Made by a program: the position numbers and the translations under genes. From Amoeboradix gromovi X-113 (Eukaryota > Fungi > Sanchytriomycota), in NCBI GenBank assembly GCA_018985225.1, contig JADGIF010000034.1, forward strand, positions 1 to 31,537: 31,537 nt of DNA, in the 5' to 3' direction. Positions 22,958-31,537 of this stretch are shown piece after piece; position 1 is the first letter of the stretch; each line of letters opens with the position of its first letter. The notes below the pieces were generated by a model. It made no database searches and was not told the origin of the DNA. It saw only the letters and a program-made list of their open reading frames with translations.

Positions 22958-25523
22958 TCATATATTAAAAAGCATCTTTAAGCTGTCATCTACTACTATT
23001 TCATCACCCAGTCCTTTTCTCCTTCTTGTCTTTAACATGTAATCTGTAGCCAACAGCTGGACCGGTGATGGCTGCAAGTGTTCAATTGTTATCGGTTCAA
23101 ATAGATTAAGCAGTGGATCACTTTCTAGTATCTGGTAATGACCAAATTGGCTATAAACCATGGCCTGTCCTTGTGTAACCATCCTTATGTCTACTTCGCA
23201 CCCAAAACTGTCCAAAGCTGGAATTTGACACTTCATACAGAATAAAGGAGTACACGCGATAGGATAGCTAGTTAATACATTTCCTCTTCTCTTATTCAGC
23301 AGCTTTGATACGGACCCAAAGCATTCTTGGGGACAAATAATGTCCATATATAGCAGAGGCTCCACGAACCGAGGAGATGCACTTAATATGCTATTGAACA
23401 ATGATTTGCGCATTGTAGGTGGTAGCTGACTTTGGTCTTCATTTGTTACCTTCAATATTTTAAATTTTATTCCGTATAAAATGTCGTCACAAAGCGGTCC
23501 GCTATGGCAGGCCCATTGAAACCCCTGAGTTAGTGGCAATTTAAGAGACTCCACAACTTCTCTAGTGTCATCAACTACGTCGTTTAACAATGCGCAGGTG
23601 CTGTAGTCTGACGGGCCAAATGCCCACAAACTTGCACAAGCCAATTCATCCCAATAATTACTCAAATTAGCACTCTCCGGTGTACAGTGTAGCTGCGTGA
23701 TCAAACTTGGCTCCATGGGTTCGGAAATTGTGGTAATAACATTCCTACATTAGATTTAATTACTTTAGGTTGGGCGAAATGGCATGGCATTCTATTTGCG
23801 ATGATTCCATGACAGTTTCTCTTAATTTAGCAATAGGATCACTCACGCGAACATCGAAATTACATAAAAACCTTAAATCATGCAATACGCAATCCATCAG
23901 GAATTCATTTGGTCCAAACAATCCGTACTCGCCACTATCTTCAACCTTAAACTCAACCCCGGGATAAATCCTAGTTATTATAACGATTTTCTTCAACATT
24001 ATTGGCAAATTAGAAGGCAATCTAGGTTCTATTGCGATGTAAAGCCATTTTGGATCTTTTATCAAAAACGGTTTAACGTTCTCAATTGTGCCTTTAAACC
24101 GCACATCTACCATAAGCGTATGAGCCCGTATATGCTCTGAGACTTTAACAAGTACAATATCACCAGCACTTGCTTTTTTTATTCGTACAAGTGACTTCGA
24201 AAACGGATAGTAAATTGTGTCCAGTACTTCAATTACATCTTGACCATTAGCACTAATTCTCAGCTTAGAGGCTTCGGTTAAAGTTCCTGAAAGCACACGA
24301 CATAGTGCCACTAAGCCATCATAATAATAGATGCGGGAAGGTTGAATTATTGTCAATCCTTCCGCGTCCATATCAGATATGGAGCTAAACAGCTGATGTT
24401 GGGAATCCGGAAAACTTTGCAAAAAATTGTGATTGTTGGGTTTTGGCAGCGTTGAGATTACGTCTATCAGTGGCTGAGGGCTTCCAATCCACTTCTGCAA
24501 TACGGCAATTGCAATTACGGTGGGAGACTGCTTAAATATGGAAGATGGTAGTTTAATGTTGATTTCGGTGACAAATGCCTTTATATGGTCTATCGATTCA
24601 CCTAGAATTATGCCGTACACCTTGTAAAGGGGTTCCAAAATAAAATCAACGAAAACTGGTGTTTTGGTTGTACTAGGTATAAATTGGTTTTTATCGAATG
24701 TATAATCACCCCATAGGATGGACATTAGTTTATTGCTAGTCATTTTCAATTTGGACCTTGTCAAATACATTTCAGAAAACGATTTTAACGAAAAACACCA
24801 ACCATGAGCAAGGGAGCTAAAAACAATATTATTGTTAGTTGGGTGTATCTTTTGACTAGCGCTACCTCCAAATTGTTTAATTAGACTATTAAGATTGTTC
24901 AGCACTACTTTGATCTTTTGAAAGGCATCTGATGGGGGAAGTTTTAATTCCACAATCAAACGATCCATTTTATTGAATACGGCGACGAAAGGAATATTAT
25001 ACCGAACACAGTACTCAACAGAGGTTCTTGTTGATATCTGGATGCCTTCTATTATGTCAATTACCAGGCAGCATCCATCATAAAGCTGTAAATTTTGATA
25101 TTCATATATAGTTCCTGAATGACCGGGTAGATCTAGAAGATTAAATTGGTATGTCTTTATAGTACCCAGCTGAATTGATATGGGTGTAGACATCAAAGAC
25201 ACTTTTTTGTCTAATTCTAAAATATGATGATCTGTAAATCTCTCTACCATAGCGTCCCTTGTAGATACAAGATAATCAATTAAAGAGGTTTTACCAGCGT
25301 GCAAATTGCCACATAATACAACATTGCGAAGCCTATCTGTGTTCAAAAAATTAACCCGAGTTGGTTGAATTTTGTTGTTGACAACGTTAAGATTCATATG
25401 AATTTTTTCTTGGATAATTGGTTCATTGATGTCCATTCTGTCGTCGTCTTCAATAATAACTTCTGCTCCTTTATATATTTCATCGTTTTCTTGATAATTC
25501 ACCAACTGCTTCATCTTTGTCAT
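22958..25523 (-). CDS. SNU114: U5 snRNP GTPase Snu114/EFTUD2 (shortened, 848 aa); exons 25523-23764, 23744-22958
   Basis: GNLHAGKT, DLPGH, NKMDRLIVELKLPPSDA, FVDFILEPLYK, MDCVLHDLR, LWAFGP, QGFQWA, MLKTRRRKGL. Confidence 0.95.
23745..23763 (-). other. 19-nt spliceosomal intron
   Basis: GTAATTAAATCTAATGTAG; restores SPNLK|NVITTISEPME. Confidence 0.95.
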
Positions 25524-25559
25524 TGAGTACTAACCAAAACAGAGGAGACTGGCTCTATG

Positions 25560-26260
25560 AAAAGCACACCGGGGTAAAAACGCATGAGAAACTTATTGAT
25601 GCTGAGCTACAAGATGCTCAAAGCCATGAAGATTACCCAAAAGAATTTTATCAAGGTCTTATCATATCTCTGCTCTTCCCTTAAAACCATCAATTACACG
25701 AGAAAAATCATGAAATTTTAAAGTGCTTTGTAGAGAATTGTGCAGTTAAGTATATTTGCTTCTAAGCTGAGGTACTGTTACATATATAAAATGGTTTACT
25801 AAGGGTAGCAATTACAAGAATTACAGGAAACGCCATGGCAGTATCTCAGACAAGAAACCGCTGTATATAATTGGCAGCAAACATTTTCATTGATTTTTTC
25901 TAAGTGCAGAGAGACCGAAGAGACGAATATTCTGACCTAATTTCTGAGCAGCAGGAACACACAGAAACCATACTAGGAATCCGACATCTTCACGCCATCA
26001 TATGTGAAAGTTTACCAGGAATAAGAAGGGATGTACTGTGAAGATGAAATATGAAAGAAAGACATCCAGGTGCTGCCTTGTCTGTGAGCAAGACGACACT
26101 ACAAACATTAAGACAGGATATGAAAGATGTTAGCGGCTGAGATATTGCAACATATGCTCAAGTGCTAATCAGCTAAGCTGTTTTGAAAGAGATATTTCGA
26201 GACCATTTTTCATATTGAAAAAGGCTTGATAGTATGTTATAGGCCTGACTCTTTCCAGGT
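25560..26260 (+). pseudogene. Fanzor1/TnpB-like nuclease pseudogene, relic F (C-terminal half)
   Basis: Frame +1, 25801-26226: KKPLYIIGSKHF ... GCTVKMKYERKTSRCCLVC ... RLRYCNIC ... CFERDIS, i.e. E-x2-TS-x2-C-x2-C, a second C-x2-C and RuvC-III RD; frameshifted RPDSF tail; multiple stops. The 5' boundary is approximate. Confidence 0.82.
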
Positions 26261-26289
26261 GGTCCTACCACTTGGAATTGGGGGTATTT

Positions 26290-26710
26290 TCAGAAATTGG
26301 GTCCCAGATTATGTACAATAACTACGTGAATGCCATTGTTCCAGTAACTCTTTATAGACTCCAATAACTTAATAAATGCTCGGTAATTGATCTTCTTGTC
26401 TATGGCAAGCGCACCGAAATAAGTACAGCTAGAATATTTCAAATACAAGGACAGTATAGGGCTATACGGTATCTTTGTTTCTAAAATCAGAAAATGGTCT
26501 ATAAATTTAGTCATTACTCGAAGAAAAGACATAAGTCGAACGTAGTGTAGCATCACTAATTGGGATTATGATCCAAAACACTGCCTTTCAGATCGAAATT
26601 GCATGAAAATAGATTGAGACAAATAAACTCTAGTATATTGGCGGAAAATTTAGACAACTTTAGCCCATCAGGTGAAGTTCCCCAAAAGTAAACTGATTCA
26701 TCAAATACTT
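26290..26710 (-). pseudogene. Possible IS630/Tc1-like DDE transposase remnant
   Basis: VFDESVYF near 26705, then LSLYLKYSSCTYFGALAIDKKINYRAFIKLLESI...HVVIVHN, resembling the N-x3-F-x2-FL...VIxDN segment; catalytic residues degenerate and spacing longer than usual. Confidence 0.3.
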
Positions 26711-26853
26711 TCTATTGTGTTTTTAGAAACAAATATAAGCCCGGTGAAAAGCCTCCTGTAACTGAATGTGCGCAAGTTGTGTACACTAGAGAGATGCAAG
26801 ATTTCTTAAAAGTTCGTGTTCAACCTAGGCGCTCATTGCTAAACAAGGGTGAA

Positions 26854-27312
26854 ATGGTGGATGAAGTTTCTTCTCAGAGTACGATTGATAAGCATAAAGG
26901 CAAGCTTATAGTTGATTTTACAGCGACCTGGTGTGGACCGTGCAAAGCAATTGCCCCCACCTTTGAGGCTTTGTCAAAAGAGTTCACTTCTTTAAAATTT
27001 GTTAAGGTGGATGTCGACAAATCTCCAGATATCTCAAAAAAGTACGGCGTTACAGCTATGCCTACCTTCAAAGTTATTGAAAACTCCGTTGCAATTGATG
27101 AACTAACTGGAGCATCACCGAGCGGATTGAGAAATTTATGTGATAAACATAAGGGCACTAGTTCATTCAAAGGAAAGGGATATACGCTTGGTGGAGGCAT
27201 TAGAAAAACTAGCTATGAACCGCCACAGTTTCTCAAGAATGCGTTGATATTTGTTGTTCCATTTCTTGCATATTTGATTTTGAGGACTGTTTTTGGGTTA
27301 GTTTCAAAATAA
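26854..27312 (+). CDS. Thioredoxin with SHP-like motif and C-terminal transmembrane anchor
   Basis: VDFTATWCGPCK, VTAMPTF, FKGKGYTLGG, hydrophobic tail ALIFVVPFLAYLILRTVFGLV. ATG 26854 aligns with the start of the Trx fold. Confidence 0.9.
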   Translation: MVDEVSSQSTIDKHKGKLIVDFTATWCGPCKAIAPTFEALSKEFTSLKFVKVDVDKSPDISKKYGVTAMPTFKVIENSVAIDELTGASPSGLRNLCDKHKGTSSFKGKGYTLGGGIRKTSYEPPQFLKNALIFVVPFLAYLILRTVFGLVSK

Positions 27313-27794
27313 ATAGTTCATCCCGTTAGTAAATCTATCATGCTTATACAGCCATTGTTCTTGCTGCTTTTGCGCTTGTTGCATCTCCGAATTTGCCAAA
27401 AGATTAGTGTGATTGTCTTAAATGAATCACAATAAGAAAGACAACCGTTACTGATTTGTGCTTTAGTGATAGCAAGAGAAGGAAGATCGAGAAAAAAGTA
27501 GAAAGCGCACTCATTTACTAGGGTACTGGCTTAAGGAATTATGCTAGAAGAAATCTAGTAAAAGCCAACTGAAAGTTCTCTGCAATTTTGGAGACGTGAA
27601 CACTTCACTCAAATCATAATAGTGATATCATTGCTATTTTCCACCAAGAACATGTCATGCATGTTTCTATAACTACAGATGAAAACGCATCTTGATGGTA
27701 AGGAGCCGCGATGGGGCTACTACTATGGACTTGTATGGAAGAAGTCATTCTGATTTTTATATGAGCACAATCTAATTTAATATTTACTTGAAGT

Positions 27795-28922
27795 TTATTT
27801 TTTATTTCTAAGATAGATTGACAACAGCATTGCAGAAGAAGCAAAGATTACGGCGTATATCATAATTCTAGTACTTTTGTCCTTGATCGTGTTATCAACG
27901 TACTTTTTTTGCGGCTCACCGGCACTCAAGGTACAAAACAACAACTTGTGATCGCTAGCATCGTAATCTTCGTTAAACATATTTTTATTTTTTACTTTAA
28001 ATCCCTTTATCAACAGCCAGTCCAACTTGCCCTGAAATGCGCCTCCATAATTAATTAAAGTTATTTCATTTAAATCAAAAACCTCGTGAAATCCTGGATT
28101 TCTAGCAGCTTTCAAAACCTCTTCGCTCAAGGAATATCCTTGCAAATTGCAATTTAATTCACCGTCACTAACATTGAACTTAAGTACTCTATCATAAAAG
28201 AATTCAGATTCAGAATATCCGATAGATTTCCATCTCATTTGGTCATTACAATAACTTGGGCTAAAACGAGCAATACCATGTCCCATAGTATTTAAATCAC
28301 CGCACAGTATCTGATTTTTCACATTAGCTTTGGCAGCAAACTCGAAAATCTCACTAATTTGAGTTACTCTACCTAGTATTCCCGTGAATATCTCCAGGTG
28401 GGCAGAATAAACTAAAATAGGGCATTTTGCAATGCTGAAATTGCATACCATTGTACACCTGTTGCCTATTCTTGGCTCTCCTCTACTTTTTCCTTTCTCA
28501 GCCCAGTCAAAAATCTTTGTGTGATTTATAACATGAAATAAATCAAAATCCATTTTACTGAGTATTGCGTTACCATGTACTCCATTTTCATTCAGTTCTT
28601 CAAACTCTATCACGCAAATGCATTTCATTTTTAAACTTTTGGCAATCTCAATTGCGCAGTTAGTGTTATGGCTTCGAATACAATGGATATCAATTTCTTG
28701 AAGACATATTATATCAGCTTTGCAATTCCTTAACAGCTCGATAATCTTCTCAAGTTGGTAACCGCGTTCGATGTTCCATTGAACAACAGAAATTGAGCCA
28801 ATATCAACACTATGATCCAGGTCAGTAAAGCAAACATCAGGTTTATTATCTTTAATGGCGAAAACATTTTCTATTGGAACATGATCTCTATAATCATAAA
28901 TAAGTGCATCTCCAAACTTCAT
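27795..28922 (-). CDS. Endonuclease/exonuclease/phosphatase (EEP) family hydrolase with C-terminal TM helix
   Basis: QWNIERG, IICLQEID, GNAILSK, SAHLE, CGDLNT, KLDW, ASDH. Confidence 0.92.
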   Translation of the reverse strand: MKFGDALIYDYRDHVPIENVFAIKDNKPDVCFTDLDHSVDIGSISVVQWNIERGYQLEKIIELLRNCKADIICLQEIDIHCIRSHNTNCAIEIAKSLKMKCICVIEFEELNENGVHGNAILSKMDFDLFHVINHTKIFDWAEKGKSRGEPRIGNRCTMVCNFSIAKCPILVYSAHLEIFTGILGRVTQISEIFEFAAKANVKNQILCGDLNTMGHGIARFSPSYCNDQMRWKSIGYSESEFFYDRVLKFNVSDGELNCNLQGYSLSEEVLKAARNPGFHEVFDLNEITLINYGGAFQGKLDWLLIKGFKVKNKNMFNEDYDASDHKLLFCTLSAGEPQKKYVDNTIKDKSTRIMIYAVIFASSAMLLSIYLRNKK

Positions 28923-29075
28923 GATTACAGTTTGAAGGAATTTTACTGGAAAACTAAACCGAGTAATAGATTAGAAAGGATTCTTGTGCAATGCTTTGCA
29001 GTCTTATGAAATCAAATCTAATACCCAACATGCATTATGGTCATTTTTGAACTTCTCCTAGAAACTGCTTAGAAT

Positions 29076-31390
29076 ATGCTTTATCAAATATTAATACAAT
29101 CAGATACCAAGTTCATGCAGCAAATTCATGTATTAAATAACCCAAACACATATTTACTAGATGATTTTGATAAATACAGTCATTTATTGAATAGTGAGAG
29201 ATCTTTGCTAATTAAAGCCTTTTTAGTCTGTGTAAATAACAACATAATGTTGAAGAAACAAAACTACACACATTGCCTACCCTCTTTAATCAATTGTCTT
29301 TTCCACCTATCTAAGAAGACTAAGAGAATATTCCTTGATTTGTGTATTGCTACAAGCAATGTTGTTGGAGGAAGCGTAACCATGTTACCGTATATGGATC
29401 TTGTTATGAAATACTCTGATTCTAAATACAAGTTCCAATTGGAGCTGCTCTCTCATTTTATGAATGTCTTTATTTTGCCAGAGTTACGGAAAGTTGAGAA
29501 GCAAAATCACAGAACCCCAAACCATTCCACTTTGACCAACCATGTTAAAAGCTGCATTACCCATTCTGATCCGATTGTAAGAACTCTTGGCAAGGATCTG
29601 TTTTTGCTGTTAAGTAAACAAGAACAGATTATATTTGAAACTCACTTAGAACCGTTGGCTCGCAAAAGGCTGAATATACTTGTTAAACCTGCATCCACCA
29701 CTACCTCTGCAGTTAAAGCAATACCTGCTAGATCTACTTCGGATCTGGAAATCGACAGATTGCTTTATCTACTAGATACAAACCAAAGGATTAAAACTCT
29801 TAAGACCCTTGGACAATTGCCGTTTAACCAACTTGAAGAGCAGACTCTTGTTAAGTTGTATCACAAGCTTGTCCATGTGACAAATATTTCCACAATTTTA
29901 ACTAAAATTGAACTGCATCTACCAATGGTTACTTGTATTGATATCTTATTAGTAGAAAAGAGATGGATGCGTATCAAACATGTGATAAATTGGGACCTAG
30001 TGGATCTTTCAATGGTGCAAAAATGGGATTCCAAAATACTTCAATACGTTGATTTGAAAGATGCTCACCCTGATATTCAATCATTCTATGCATCATTGAA
30101 CTCAACTAAACGACCTGTGCCTTTTACTCCTAAAAAGAACACTGAAGTTAAGAGAAGTAGGGTGGTGGAACAAGTGGAAGACGAGATTGATGCGAGACTC
30201 GATAAATATCAACGCCACGACTCAAAAGACTTTTTAGAACCAAAATCGCCTGTTTTACAAAAACATGAATTAAATCCATGTCAATCACAAGGTATGAATA
30301 ATAAAAGCTTAGCAACATCAACTGCTGAACAACGTTCTGATTGCTCAGTAAAAGCTGCAGATTTGACGAAAATAGATGTTTCCACCGCAAACACTCAAAT
30401 TGATGTGGATGTAGAGAGAGAACAAATACAAACGGGTGACCATGTTGAAGCTCAAGTAAGTATGAGAGCGGTTGAACCTACTACTACTGAGATTGAACAA
30501 TCTGTTCGTAAGTTAGCTATTAGGAATGATTTACATGATAGGCTCATGGACTTAAAGGACTTGGACACAAAGGATGCCAAAATTATAAACGTAGAGACGC
30601 TAGATATCTCTGGAAGCCCTTCAGACAATGCTAACACTACAACGCGGTCCATTAAAAATACACCTGTTAAAGACTCGATGCAGCTGAATTTTAATTCACC
30701 GATGATGTTGGATACGCCATGCCATTTCAATAAATATGATTCGTTTACTGATCAGTGGCAACTGTATTATGACAATTCAGCACTGTGTCAGTTTTATCTA
30801 ATGATCTTGGAAAACTCAGTGAGCTTTACAAAATTTGAATACATGCAGCAATTTACCGCTAATCCTGACTGCTGTCATTCTGCAGCACTTGTGGATGCAA
30901 TGATGAACTCAATTGATAAGACTTACTTGAAATCATGCATTTCATTGTTAAACTGGACCATACGGCAAAAGATGCCAAATGAAGCCATATGCAGCAACCT
31001 AATACAGAATGTATCAATAATATATGATCACTTGGTAATTAAATTTTAACACAGGATTTTATAAAACAACCACAGCACATAATCGAGCTGTTAGAGGAAA
31101 CAATTGAACTAATCAAAATGACTATTGAGGCAGAAACACTAAGCGACATATTAGACGGAAGCATTTGTTGGATTTTGACAAAAATAGATATGGAGCCTGA
31201 ACATCTAGATGCTAGCCTACGGTCAAGAATTGTTTATTTAATGATACAACACATATTGAATGATGAAATAGTAGGCAAAAGATTGCTACGAAAGTGGGAT
31301 AAAACTTGTATTTGGGAGGAGATAAAAAGCCTATGCCAAGATCATGGATGCATGGACACAATGCAATTGATCATGCACATGATTGAATAA
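29076..31390 (+). CDS. Divergent CLASP/Stu1-like HEAT/TOG protein (tentative); exons 29076-31034, 31055-31390; 764 aa
   Basis: LINCLFHLSKKTKRIF and CITHSDPIVRTLGKDLF...LEPLARKRL resemble the CLASP N-terminal TOG-like domain; low-complexity middle with TP/SP sites; helical C-terminus. Confidence 0.55.
31035..31054 (+). other. 20-nt spliceosomal intron
   Basis: GTAATTAAATTTTAACACAG; joins in frame to the 31118-31390 ORF. Confidence 0.88.
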
Positions 31391-31467
31391 ATGAATTATT
31401 AAACAATAAGTATAATTCTATCCTAAATAATATTGGTTTACTTGAATTTCAGGCCATAAATCCAAAT

Positions 31468-31537
31468 GGGACATCAAATATAAAAACTGGACTAACTTTC
31501 TGTAACAACTTGGAACATTATTTCAGCTTTATTACTT
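31468..31537 (-). mobile_element. Partial MITE copy (right end, reverse orientation), truncated by window end
   Basis: GGGACATCAAATATAAAAACTGGACTAACTTTCTG is the reverse complement of the right end of the 6624 and 22451 copies. Confidence 0.88.

Noticed and set aside
7090-26260. An intact, active Fanzor system in this window
   Set aside because: All copies have stops, frameshifts or truncations, and some lack catalytic residues.
856-31054. Split ORFs as sequencing frameshifts, programmed frameshifting or stop-codon reassignment
   Set aside because: Every break is bounded by GT..AG with a shared branch motif, and long conserved ORFs have no internal TAA/TAG/TGA.
1-31537. Circular molecule or composite transposon bounded by the terminal TIRs
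   Set aside because: The TIRs face outward from the gene block, the cargo is ordinary housekeeping genes, and the ends do not overlap; contig breakage at repeats is simpler.

Overview
Gene-dense, AT-rich eukaryotic nuclear DNA with the standard genetic code. The proteins look fungal/opisthokont, probably a reduced early-diverging lineage, but taxonomy is inference. There are 16 housekeeping-type genes: Yip1-family, RPT3, a multi-KH vigilin/Scp160-like gene, Rrn7-like, prefoldin 2, ValRS, SmD1, BCKDH E1-beta, RPT1, POLD2, OST2/DAD1, CPSF2, Snu114, a tail-anchored thioredoxin, an EEP hydrolase and a CLASP-like gene. Three features stand out. (1) Nine spliceosomal introns, all only 19-20 nt, with consensus GTA-N8/9-TRAY-NYAG and the putative branch A fixed 6 nt from the 3' end. 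There is one per gene and all lie in the last third of the CDS. (2) Most larger intergenic gaps contain decayed Fanzor/TnpB-type RNA-guided nuclease genes: two clear relics (Fanzor2-like at ~21.8-22.4 kb, Fanzor1-like at ~25.6-26.3 kb), three moderate and two weak. Two are followed by 3' hairpins and one faces a possible IS630/Tc1 transposase remnant. None is intact here. (3) A ~435-bp MITE family with GGGACA..TGTCCC terminal inverted repeats, present as two full copies plus partial copies at both window ends. All calls come from manual translation and recalled family motifs; no searches were run.
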